From the NCBI GenBank assembly GCA_017397845.1, contig JAFQHU010000011.1, positions 5,666 through 69,665 of the forward strand: 64,000 bases of DNA, read 5' to 3'. The notes under the pieces are model-generated. The model was not told where the DNA came from and ran no database searches. It was given only the letters and a program-made list of their open reading frames with translations. This DNA comes from Clostridia bacterium. GTDB lineage: Bacteria > Bacillota > Clostridia > Oscillospirales > Acutalibacteraceae. A program made the translations under genes and the position numbers. Of this stretch, positions 55,286 through 63,745 are shown piece after piece. How positions within the stretch are numbered: the first letter of the stretch is position 1; every line of letters starts with the position of its first letter.

Positions 55286-55506
55286 ATAAATATATTATTA
55301 TAGTATATAAAAAATGTTTTTTTCGGTTGATTTTTTCGGAAAATGGTGGTAACTGAATTTGCGACGTTAACTGAATAACTTTTGAGAATACAAATTCACT
55401 AAAGAAAGCATACTTTGTTAAAAGTGTGTTCTCTTTGTTTTGTTATTTTTTCTTGTGTTGGAATAAATTCAAAAGTTAGCGTCGCGGCTCGGAGAATGCA
55501 TTTTTG

Positions 55507-55537
55507 GTGCGTTCTGCTTGTCGGGACGCACTTTTTT
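55507..55537 (+). terminator. Terminator-like hairpin in the leader of the Cys-rich protein gene (attenuator or sRNA end)
   Basis: GTGCGTTCT / GGGACGCAC stem (6 Watson-Crick pairs plus G-U/G-C extension) followed by T6. It ends 37 nt upstream of ATG 55574, and there is no upstream plus-strand CDS. Confidence 0.5.
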
Positions 55538-55573
55538 GTTTGTCGTAAATATTTATTTACGGAGGAAAAAACA

Positions 55574-56131
55574 ATGAAAAAGGTAGTGAAAAACTTATTG
55601 CTTGTAGCAGTTATGGTTATGCTGTGTATGACTGTGGCTGTCAGTGCGAGTGCACTTGATGAAACAGGTCAGTGCGGTGAAACTTATGTTGATGATTATA
55701 CAGATAAACTCGACCACGAGTATAAATCAGTAATCACTACCCCTGCAACTCACCTTACCGAGGGTGTTGAAACCTTCACCTGTTCTTGCGGTGACAGCTA
55801 TACAAAGCCTGTCGCAAAGCTTAAAGGTCACACCTACAGTACTTCCGTAACGGCTCCCACCTGTACAGCGCAGGGTTATACAACTTATATCTGCGAATGT
55901 GGAGACAGTTATATCAGTGATTTTGTTTCAGAAACAGGACATAAGGATGAAAATAATGACGGCATATGTGATGGCTGTGGTATAAAGCTTAAAACAGACA
56001 GCAATAAAGACAACTGCACCTGTATGTGTCACAAATCCGGCTTGATGGGAATCATATGGAAAATCATCCGTTTTTTCTATAAGCTCTTTAAAATCAATCC
56101 TGTCTGCGCTTGCGGTGCAGCACACTATTAA
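55574..56131 (+). CDS. Small secreted Cys-rich protein with an amphipathic aromatic tail and terminal CxCGxxHY
   Basis: Start moved to ATG 55574 (SD ACGGAGGAA). Signal peptide KNLLLVAVMVMLCMTVAVSASA, two T(F/Y)xCxCGDSY units, DENNDGICDGCG, and C-terminus CTCMCHKSGLMGIIWKIIRFFYKLFKINPVCACGAAHY. Confidence 0.6.
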   Translation: MKKVVKNLLLVAVMVMLCMTVAVSASALDETGQCGETYVDDYTDKLDHEYKSVITTPATHLTEGVETFTCSCGDSYTKPVAKLKGHTYSTSVTAPTCTAQGYTTYICECGDSYISDFVSETGHKDENNDGICDGCGIKLKTDSNKDNCTCMCHKSGLMGIIWKIIRFFYKLFKINPVCACGAAHY

Positions 56132-56138
56132 TTGAATA

Positions 56139-56208
56139 AACACAAGGGGCCGTATCATGCTGTGTGTCCGCACAGAGGGTATGTACCCTTGTGTTTTATT
56201 TTTTTTAA
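56139..56208 (+). terminator. Rho-independent terminator after the Cys-rich protein gene
   Basis: AACACAAGGG (56139-56148) pairs with CCCTTGTGTT (56186-56195). There is an inner CTGTG/CACAG hairpin, then TTTTATTTTTTTT. Confidence 0.8.
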
Positions 56209-56217
56209 TTTTTTCCC

Positions 56218-56246
56218 TTGACATTCGCTTTTCGTTGTGCTAAAAT
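56218..56246 (+). promoter_or_regulatory. Near-consensus sigma-A promoter with no annotated gene directly downstream
   Basis: TTGACA (56218-56223), 17-nt spacer, TAAAAT (56241-56246) with extended -10 TG (56238-56239). Confidence 0.6.
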
Positions 56247-56293
56247 AGTCACAATTTAAATCTTTAAAGCTTTAAATGAGTAAAGCGACAAAG

Positions 56294-56332
56294 ATGGACT
56301 TCTTGCAATTGAAATTTTATACTTATTTTTAA
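56294..56332 (+). CDS. 12-codon Phe/Tyr-rich mini-ORF (candidate leader peptide; speculative)
   Basis: ATG GAC TTC TTG CAA TTG AAA TTT TAT ACT TAT TTT TAA encodes MDFLQLKFYTYF. It sits between the orphan promoter and the aromatic amino-acid operon, and its SD is weak. Confidence 0.25.
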   Translation: MDFLQLKFYTYF

Positions 56333-56360
56333 TCTTTTTTATAAAATATGGGTATTTTTA

Positions 56361-56389
56361 TTGACGATTCGAGTTCATGGGTGTATAAT
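56361..56389 (+). promoter_or_regulatory. Sigma-A type promoter for the aromatic amino-acid operon
   Basis: TTGACG (56361-56366), 17-nt spacer, TATAAT (56384-56389). Confidence 0.6.
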
Positions 56390-56446
56390 TTACCATTATG
56401 CACTTTAGTATGCTGATATTTTAATTAATTAAAGACGGTGATAATC

Positions 56447-57637
56447 ATGGTAAATGAAAAAATGTACGATCTCGGTGCCAAAAGCTCCGTTATCAGAGAA
56501 ATATTTGAATACGGCAAAAAGAGAAAGGCTGAAATCGGTGCGGAAAATGTATATGATTACAGCTTAGGAAATCCAAGCGTTCCTGCTCCCGAAATCGTGA
56601 ATGAGACTATCCGTGAGCTTACGGAAACTTTTGACTCCACAGTGCTTCACGGCTACACCTCAGCTGTGGGCGACAACGATTCCAGACAGGCTATAGCTGA
56701 TGACCTGAATAAACGTTTCGGCACCGCATTTTCCTTTAAAAATTTTTATATGACTGCCGGTGCCGCCGCATCTCTTTCCATCTGCTTCAAAGCACTTACG
56801 GAAAAGGACGATGAGATTATTATTTTTGCTCCTTATTTCCCTGAATACAAAGTTTTCATCGAGGCTGCCGGTGCTGTTCCCGTAGAGGTTAAGTGCAGGG
56901 CAGAGGATTTGCAGATTGACCTTGATGCTTTCGAAAAAGCTATCACACCGAACACCAAAGCTGTAGTTGTAAATTCTCCTAATAATCCCTCAGGGGTAGT
57001 TATAAGCGAAGAAACCGTGGTTGAGCTTTGCCGTATTATGAATGAAAAGCAAAAAGAGTACGGAAAGGAAATTTTCCTTATCTCCGATGAGCCCTACAGA
57101 GAGCTTGTTTACGGCGATGTCAAAGTGCCGTACCTCACCAAATATTATGATAATACCTTGGTCTGTTATTCTTATTCCAAATCTCTTTCTCTTCCCGGTG
57201 ACAGAATCGGTTATATTCTTGTTCCCGATGAAATCAGCAACTTTGAACTTATTTACAAATCTGTGTGCGGTGCAGGCAGAGCACTCGGTTATGTGTGCGC
57301 CCCCTCACTTATGCAGTTTGTAATAAGAAAGTGCACCGGAAAAACAAGCGATGTTTCAGTTTACAAAAAGAACAGAGATATTCTTCTTGATGCTTTCTCT
57401 GAGCTTGGCTTCAAAACCGCAAAGCCTGACGGAGCATTTTATCTGTTTATGAAATCACCTGAGGAAAGTGCTGAAGCATTCTGTGAAAAGGCGAAAAAAT
57501 ATGACCTTCTTTTGGTACCGAGTGATTCCTTCGGCTTTCCGGGATATGTGAGACTTTCCTACTGTGTTTCCACAGAAATGATTAAAGCATCACTTCCGGC
57601 ATTCAGAAAGCTTGCCGAAGAGTACGGATTGATTTAA
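56447..57637 (+). CDS. Class I/II PLP-dependent aminotransferase (likely aromatic/aspartate aminotransferase)
   Basis: ATG 56447. NSPNNPSG and YSYSKSLSLPGDRIGY (PLP lysine) motifs. It is the first gene of the aro/phe/tyr operon. Confidence 0.85.
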   Translation: MVNEKMYDLGAKSSVIREIFEYGKKRKAEIGAENVYDYSLGNPSVPAPEIVNETIRELTETFDSTVLHGYTSAVGDNDSRQAIADDLNKRFGTAFSFKNFYMTAGAAASLSICFKALTEKDDEIIIFAPYFPEYKVFIEAAGAVPVEVKCRAEDLQIDLDAFEKAITPNTKAVVVNSPNNPSGVVISEETVVELCRIMNEKQKEYGKEIFLISDEPYRELVYGDVKVPYLTKYYDNTLVCYSYSKSLSLPGDRIGYILVPDEISNFELIYKSVCGAGRALGYVCAPSLMQFVIRKCTGKTSDVSVYKKNRDILLDAFSELGFKTAKPDGAFYLFMKSPEESAEAFCEKAKKYDLLLVPSDSFGFPGYVRLSYCVSTEMIKASLPAFRKLAEEYGLI

Positions 57638-57649
57638 CGGAGAAAAAAT

Positions 57650-58732
57650 ATGGATAAACTTAATAAAGCAAGACAAATAATCGGCGAAGCTGACAAAGAA
57701 ATAGCTGCACTTTTCGAAAAAAGAATGGCGGCGGTAAAGGAAGTAGCCGAATATAAAAAGGAAAGAGGTCTCCCTGTTTTCGACGGTGCGAGAGAGGATT
57801 TTCTTGTAAATAAAAATCTCGAATATATCGAAAATGAAAGTATAAAGGATTTTTATGTTTCCTTTATGAAAAGCACCATGGATATTTCGAAAAGATATCA
57901 GCACCGTATTTTAGAGGGCACAAATGTGGCATACAGCGGTGTTGAGGGAGCTTTTGCTCATATAGCCGCCGGCAGAATTTTTCCCGACGGAAAGAGAATA
58001 TCTTATCCTGATTTCAAAGCCGCTTATGAGGCCGTTGAAAAGGGTGAGTGCGACTGTGCCGTTCTTCCCATCGAAAACAGCAGAGCGGGAGAGGTAGGAC
58101 AGGTTATTGACCTTATCTTTTCGGGTTCTCTTTATGTGAACGGACTTTACAGTCTCGACATCCGTCATAATCTTATCGGTCTCGGTGATGCGGCGGAAAA
58201 GGACATAGTAAAGGTTATCAGCCATCAGCAGGCACTTGACCAATGTGCATCCTATATCAGAAATCAGGGCTACAAAGCCGAAGGCTGTGAAAATACAGCC
58301 AGAGCAGCGAAATTGGTGGCGGATACGGCGGATAAAACTCTTGCCGCCATAGCCAGCAGAGAGACTGCTGAGCTTTACGGTCTGAAGGTTATAAGAGAAA
58401 ACATAAACGAGGCGAGTGATAATACGACGCGTTTTGTTGTTCTTTCACGTACACTTTGCACCGAAAAAAGAGACCATTCAATTATTGTTTTCACCGTACC
58501 CGATGAGGCGGGCGCATTGGCACATGCCATTAATGTAATCGGTCATCACGGCTATTCCATGCGTTCCATAAAAAGCCGTGCGATGAAAGATCTCATATGG
58601 ACCTATTATTTTTATGTTGAAATTGAGGGTGATTTGCAGTCGAGACGGGGCAGATATATGCTTGATGAGCTGTCTGATTGCTGTGACCGTCTTAAGATGA
58701 TAGGTACCTATAAAGATAATTCAAAGATTTGA
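57650..58732 (+). CDS. pheA: Bifunctional chorismate mutase / prephenate dehydratase
   Basis: N-terminal AroQ-type chorismate mutase helix (ARQIIGEADKEIAALFEKRM), prephenate dehydratase core (VAYSGVEGAFAH, TRFVVL) and a C-terminal ACT-like region. Confidence 0.9.
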   Translation: MDKLNKARQIIGEADKEIAALFEKRMAAVKEVAEYKKERGLPVFDGAREDFLVNKNLEYIENESIKDFYVSFMKSTMDISKRYQHRILEGTNVAYSGVEGAFAHIAAGRIFPDGKRISYPDFKAAYEAVEKGECDCAVLPIENSRAGEVGQVIDLIFSGSLYVNGLYSLDIRHNLIGLGDAAEKDIVKVISHQQALDQCASYIRNQGYKAEGCENTARAAKLVADTADKTLAAIASRETAELYGLKVIRENINEASDNTTRFVVLSRTLCTEKRDHSIIVFTVPDEAGALAHAINVIGHHGYSMRSIKSRAMKDLIWTYYFYVEIEGDLQSRRGRYMLDELSDCCDRLKMIGTYKDNSKI

Positions 58733-58742
58733 GTGATATTAA

Positions 58743-59744
58743 ATGATTATACCCATAAATTTAGGTGAGAAATCCTATGAAATAGTTCTCGAAAGGGGAG
58801 CAATCGGAAAGGCGGGCAGGCTTCTCGGCGTAAGTGGTGACAGAAAAGTGCTTATAGTCACTGATTCGGGTGTGCCTGAGGAATATGTTGATGCTGTGGC
58901 ACGCTCCTTTAAGAAAAAGAATATTTTTATTTTCCCTCAGGGTGAAGAAAGTAAAAACTTCGAAACTTACCGTCAGATATGTGAAACCCTTATGGATTTG
59001 TCTTATACACGTAAAGATGCCGTGGTGGCAGTCGGCGGAGGTGTTACGGGTGACATGGCCGGTTTTGCCGCCGCCACTTATATGAGAGGTATAGATTTTT
59101 ATAATATTCCCACAACTCTTCTTTCTCAGGTGGATTCATCAATAGGCGGAAAGACTGCTATAGATGTTGGCAAAATTAAAAATATCATAGGAGCCTTTCA
59201 TCAGCCTAAAAAGGTTATTATTGACCCCGATGTTCTTTCCACTCTTACCGAAAGACATTTTATAAACGGTCTTGCCGAAGCTCTTAAGGCGGGCATTATA
59301 ATGGATGCTAAGCTTTTTGAAATTTTTGAAAAGGGTGAGGCGAAAGAAAGGATTGATGAGGTTATCGAGCGTTCTCTGATGGTGAAAAAGAAAGTGGTCG
59401 AAGAGGACGAAAAGGAAACCGGACTGCGTAAGGTGCTGAATTTCGGTCATACCATAGGTCACGGCATTGAGGCCTCGGTGCCCTTCGGAGAGCTTTATCA
59501 CGGTGAATGTGTGGCACTCGGTATGATACCTGTGTGCGGCGATAAAATAAAAAGCAGGGTTATCTCTGCGATAGAAAAAACGGGTCTCCCCATATCCCAT
59601 CCAATAGATAAGGAGAGCGTGAGAAAAGCTCTTTCCCATGATAAAAAAAGTGATTCAGAAGGTATAACGGCAGTTATTTGCAATGAAATCGGTACCTTTG
59701 AATTCGTAAATACAAGCACAGATGAGTTGATGAAATTAATATAA
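58743..59744 (+). CDS. aroB: 3-dehydroquinate synthase
   Basis: GGGVTGDMAGFAAATYMRGIDFYNIPTTLLSQVDSSIGGKT and HTIGHGIE motifs. Confidence 0.9.
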   Translation: MIIPINLGEKSYEIVLERGAIGKAGRLLGVSGDRKVLIVTDSGVPEEYVDAVARSFKKKNIFIFPQGEESKNFETYRQICETLMDLSYTRKDAVVAVGGGVTGDMAGFAAATYMRGIDFYNIPTTLLSQVDSSIGGKTAIDVGKIKNIIGAFHQPKKVIIDPDVLSTLTERHFINGLAEALKAGIIMDAKLFEIFEKGEAKERIDEVIERSLMVKKKVVEEDEKETGLRKVLNFGHTIGHGIEASVPFGELYHGECVALGMIPVCGDKIKSRVISAIEKTGLPISHPIDKESVRKALSHDKKSDSEGITAVICNEIGTFEFVNTSTDELMKLI

Positions 59745-59758
59745 AAGAGGAATGAAAA

Positions 59759-60850
59759 ATGAAAAACACTTTCGGCAATTCCCTTTCCGTAACTCTTTTC
59801 GGTGAAAGCCACGGTCAGGCCATAGGCTGTGTAATTGACGGCATTTCACCGGGGATAGAAATTGATAAAGCGTTTCTGATTTCTCAAATGGAAAAGAGAA
59901 AGGGTGTGAATGCACTTTCTACGGCCAGAAGAGAAGCAGACGAAGTTAAAATATTAAGCGGTGTTTTCGAAGGTAAAACCACAGGTACCCCCATATGTCT
60001 TATGATAGAAAATGCCGATACGAAAAGTAAGGATTATTCTAAAACCAAAAACCTTGCCCGACCCTCACATGCAGATTATACTGCCGAATGTAAATACGGC
60101 GGTTATCAGGATTACAGAGGTGGCGGACACTTTTCGGGCAGACTCACTGCTCCTTTGGTTGCCGCAGGTGCCATAGCGTTGAAGGCACTCGAATCAAAGG
60201 GTATAAAAATAGCGACACATATCGCCTGCTGCGGCGGTATAACGGACAGGGAATTTGAAAATTATGAAGCTGATTTCAAACTTTTGAGTGAGATAGATAT
60301 ACCGGTTCTTTGCGAAAGAAAAAGAGAGGAAATCGCTCAAGCTATTGAAGCGTGCAGGAGAGTCGGCGACAGTATCGGCGGTATTCTTTCCACAGCCGTA
60401 ACGGGTGTGCCTGCCGGTGTAGGTGAGCCTTGGTTTGATACAGTTGAGGGAATGCTTTCACACGCACTGTTTTCGGTTCCGGCTGTAAAGGGTGTAGAGT
60501 TCGGTGCCGGCTTTGATTTCAGCAAAATGACGGGCAGTCAGGCTAATGACAGCTTTTACATTGACGGTGAAAACGTAAAGACAAAAACAAACAATAACGC
60601 AGGGATAAACGGAGGCATTACAAACGGTATGCCCATCCTTTTCCGCTGTGCCGTTAAGCCTACACCGTCTATTTATAAAAAACAGGAAACGGTCAATTTT
60701 AAAGAAAAGACAAATGAGTCTTTGGTTATAGAGGGCAGACATGACCCTGCCATTATCCACAGAGCGGCGGTCGTTATAGACAGTATGACAGCGCTTACTC
60801 TCTGTGATTTGCTTTTGAGCCGTTTCGGTACAGATTACTTTAAACCGTAA
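59759..60850 (+). CDS. aroC: Chorismate synthase
   Basis: FGESHGQAIGCVIDG, RPSHADY and GGGHFSGR motifs. Confidence 0.95.
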   Translation: MKNTFGNSLSVTLFGESHGQAIGCVIDGISPGIEIDKAFLISQMEKRKGVNALSTARREADEVKILSGVFEGKTTGTPICLMIENADTKSKDYSKTKNLARPSHADYTAECKYGGYQDYRGGGHFSGRLTAPLVAAGAIALKALESKGIKIATHIACCGGITDREFENYEADFKLLSEIDIPVLCERKREEIAQAIEACRRVGDSIGGILSTAVTGVPAGVGEPWFDTVEGMLSHALFSVPAVKGVEFGAGFDFSKMTGSQANDSFYIDGENVKTKTNNNAGINGGITNGMPILFRCAVKPTPSIYKKQETVNFKEKTNESLVIEGRHDPAIIHRAAVVIDSMTALTLCDLLLSRFGTDYFKP

Positions 60851-60864
60851 GGTATGTGATATAA

Positions 60865-62091
60865 ATGAAATACGGACTTATCGGAGAAAAGCTTTCTCAC
60901 AGCTTTTCAAAACCAATACATGAAAGTATAGCCGATTATGATTATGAAATAAAAGAAATACCCCGTGAAGAACTTGATTCTTTTATGAAAGAAAAAGCCT
61001 TCAGCGGTATTAATGTTACCATACCATATAAACAAAGTGTTATTCCTTTTTTGGATTATATCGATGAAAATGCTTCACGGATAGGAGCCGTCAATACAGT
61101 AGTAAACCGTGACGGAAAGCTGTGCGGTTATAATACGGATTTCGGCGGTATGAAAATGCTGATTGAAAAGGCGGGCTTTTCCTTTAAGCATCAAAAGGTG
61201 GTTATACTCGGTTCGGGCGGTACTTCAAAAACAGCACACGCTGTTTCTGAAAATCTTGGTGCGGAAAAAATAATCACCGTCAGCAGAAGGGGCGAGATAA
61301 ATTATGAAAACCTTGCTTCACTTCACGGTGACTGCGATTTTATCATCAATACGACACCCTGCGGCATGTATCCTGACACAGATGAAAGTGCTGTGGATAT
61401 AAGTTGTTTCAAAAATCTCAAGGGTGTTATCGATGTGATATATAATCCGCTTAAAACCAAGCTCTGCCTTGATTGCGAAAATAACGGAACAGAATATGCC
61501 GGCGGACTTTATATGCTTGCAGCTCAGGCTGTTCTTGCTTCGCAGCTTTTCACCGATAACAGCTTTGATGTGAAAAAGATTACGGATGAGGTGTACGGCA
61601 GGATTTTAAACGAAAAGCTCAATGTTGTACTCATCGGTATGCCTGGAAGCGGTAAAACGACCATCGGTAAAATTCTTGCCGAAAAGCTTGGTAAAGCTTT
61701 TACAGACACCGATGAACTTATCGTCGGAGAATATGGAGATATAAGTGATATTTTTTCTGAAAAGGGTGAAAGCTTTTTCAGAGATATTGAGTCTGTGGCA
61801 GTTAAAAGGGTTGCTCTTAAAAACGGTCAGGTCATAGCCACGGGCGGCGGAGCTGTTCTGAGAAGTGAGAACGTGGAATACCTTAAGCATAACGGTATCC
61901 TGTTTTTTCTGGACAGACCTGTCGAACTTATCGCACCCACCGATGACAGACCTCTTTCGAGTAACTTTGAGGCTCTGAAAAAACGATATGAGGAAAGATA
62001 TGACATTTACCTTTCCTCCTGTGACGAAAGAATAGAAAATGACGGCAACCCGGAAAAAGCTGTCAGAAAGATATTGGAGAAATTAAAATGA
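60865..62091 (+). CDS. aroE/aroK: Fused shikimate dehydrogenase / shikimate kinase
   Basis: The N-terminal ~250 aa is AroE-like (YGLIGEKLSHSFSKPIH, NVTIPYK, GAVNTV, GSGGTSK). The C-terminal ~155 aa is AroK-like (Walker A GMPGSGKTTIG, DTD, GGGAV). Confidence 0.85.
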   Translation: MKYGLIGEKLSHSFSKPIHESIADYDYEIKEIPREELDSFMKEKAFSGINVTIPYKQSVIPFLDYIDENASRIGAVNTVVNRDGKLCGYNTDFGGMKMLIEKAGFSFKHQKVVILGSGGTSKTAHAVSENLGAEKIITVSRRGEINYENLASLHGDCDFIINTTPCGMYPDTDESAVDISCFKNLKGVIDVIYNPLKTKLCLDCENNGTEYAGGLYMLAAQAVLASQLFTDNSFDVKKITDEVYGRILNEKLNVVLIGMPGSGKTTIGKILAEKLGKAFTDTDELIVGEYGDISDIFSEKGESFFRDIESVAVKRVALKNGQVIATGGGAVLRSENVEYLKHNGILFFLDRPVELIAPTDDRPLSSNFEALKKRYEERYDIYLSSCDERIENDGNPEKAVRKILEKLK

Positions 62092-62522
62092 AATTTTTGA
62101 TTATCAACGGACCTAATCTGAATATGCTGGGCATCAGAGAGCCCGTACATTACGGCAGAGAGACCTATGATGATCTCATTAAAAAAATTAAAGCATACTG
62201 TGACCAAAAAAGCATCATATGTGACTTTTATCAGTCAAATCACGAGGGTTGTCTTGTAGATAAAATACAGGAGGCATACGGTGTTTTTGACGGTATAATC
62301 ATAAATCCGGGTGCTTATACTCACACGAGCATAGCAATTCTTGACGCTGTAAAATCCGTAGGTATCCCCACTGTAGAGGTGCATATTTCCAAAGTGGAGG
62401 ATAGAGAAGATTTCAGACAGATAAGCTACATTCGTTTTGCGGCGGTAAAAACCATAACGGGTCTCGGCACCGACGGCTATTTAAGAGCTGTGGATTTCCT
62501 TGCAGAATACCTTAAAAAGTAA
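62088..62522 (+). CDS. aroQ: Type II 3-dehydroquinate dehydratase
   Basis: MKFLIINGPNLNMLGIREPVHYG, QSNHEG and INPGAYTHTSIA motifs. The ATGA overlap with the aroE/K stop suggests translational coupling. Confidence 0.95.
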   Translation: MKFLIINGPNLNMLGIREPVHYGRETYDDLIKKIKAYCDQKSIICDFYQSNHEGCLVDKIQEAYGVFDGIIINPGAYTHTSIAILDAVKSVGIPTVEVHISKVEDREDFRQISYIRFAAVKTITGLGTDGYLRAVDFLAEYLKK

Positions 62523-62530
62523 GTGATTAG

Positions 62531-63745
62531 ATGAAAATAAAAATAGAAAAAAGTCTTCTGAGAGGAGAGATAACGGCACCGCCGTCCAAAAGCATGGCTC
62601 ATCGCCTGCTTATTTGTGCGGGACTTTCAGAAGGTGAAAGTATAATTAATAATATAGCTTTTTCAGAGGATATACTTGCTACTCTTGACTGTTTGAAAGA
62701 AATGGGAGCAGATATCGAAGCAGGGGAAAGCACCGTAAAAATCAAAGGTGTTTCGCCGCTGAACATAACTGAAAGCAAATCCTTTTCTGCACGCGAAAGC
62801 GGAAGTACACTTCGCTTTTTTATTCCTTTGGCACTTTTGTCGGGCTGGGAGCACTGTTTTACAGGCTACGGCAGACTTATGGAAAGACCGATGGAAGTTT
62901 ACGAAAATCTCTGCGCAGAAAAAGGCCTTTATTTCAGCCGGTCTGACGGAAAAATTAAAGTAAAAGGAAAACTTACCTCAGGCGAATATACCGTCAAAGG
63001 TGACGTAAGCAGTCAGTTTATAAGCGGCTTGCTTTTCTCACTTCCTCTCTGTGAGGAAGACAGCAGAATTCATCTGACGGGTAAAATTGAAAGCAGAGGC
63101 TATATAGACATGACTCTTTCCGCAATGAGCAGCTTCGGCGTTAAATCATTTTGGGAAGATGATAACACTCTTTATATAAAAGGTTCACAGAAGTATATTG
63201 AGGGTGATTTCGATGTGGAGGCTGACTGCTCCAATGCGGCATTCCCGGATGCCTTTAACTATCTTGGCTCAGAGGTAAGGGTGAAAGGGCTAAATGAAAA
63301 TACTATTCAGGGCGACAGGGCATACAAGGAATACTTTAAAGCTCTTTCTGACGGTTCACCAACTCTCGATGTGAGTGATTGCCCTGACCTTGCGCCCATA
63401 CTGATGACTCTCTCCTGTGCGCTGAACGGGGCAATTCTTACGGGTACGGCAAGACTCAGAATAAAAGAAAGTGACAGAGGCGCCGTGATGAAAAAGGAGC
63501 TTTCCGAATTTGGTGCCGATATTGATATAAAGGATAATGAAATTATAATCAGAAAGTCTCATTTACATAAAGCGAAAAAGCCTCTTTGCGGTCATAATGA
63601 TCACAGAGTTGTAATGGCACTTACGGTGCTTTTATCTGTTTTCGGCGGTGAAATAGAGGGGGCGGAAGCTGTGAAAAAAAGCTATCCCGATTTTTTTGAG
63701 AGGCTTTCGGAGCTTGGTCTGGAGGCGAAAATAAATGACAATTAA
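62531..63745 (+). CDS. aroA: 3-phosphoshikimate 1-carboxyvinyltransferase (EPSP synthase), short form (404 aa)
   Basis: PPSKSMAHR, RESGSTLRF, ESDR and DHRVVMAL motifs. Confidence 0.9.
   Translation: MKIKIEKSLLRGEITAPPSKSMAHRLLICAGLSEGESIINNIAFSEDILATLDCLKEMGADIEAGESTVKIKGVSPLNITESKSFSARESGSTLRFFIPLALLSGWEHCFTGYGRLMERPMEVYENLCAEKGLYFSRSDGKIKVKGKLTSGEYTVKGDVSSQFISGLLFSLPLCEEDSRIHLTGKIESRGYIDMTLSAMSSFGVKSFWEDDNTLYIKGSQKYIEGDFDVEADCSNAAFPDAFNYLGSEVRVKGLNENTIQGDRAYKEYFKALSDGSPTLDVSDCPDLAPILMTLSCALNGAILTGTARLRIKESDRGAVMKKELSEFGADIDIKDNEIIIRKSHLHKAKKPLCGHNDHRVVMALTVLLSVFGGEIEGAEAVKKSYPDFFERLSELGLEAKINDN

Noticed and set aside
55415-55573. Upstream extension of the Cys-rich protein ORF (TTG start at 55415)
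   Set aside because: The extension reads through a terminator-like hairpin and has no SD. ATG 55574 has a strong SD (GGAGGAA) and yields a canonical signal peptide.
56274-56285. 12-nt match AAATGAGTAAAG to the right half-site of the second palindrome upstream of the giant gene (44539-44550)
   Set aside because: Only a half-site is present, with no TACTCATT partner. It instead forms a small local hairpin, GCTTTA/TAAAGC. A single 12-mer match in AT-rich DNA is weak evidence of a shared operator. I keep it only as a hint for a genome-wide motif search.
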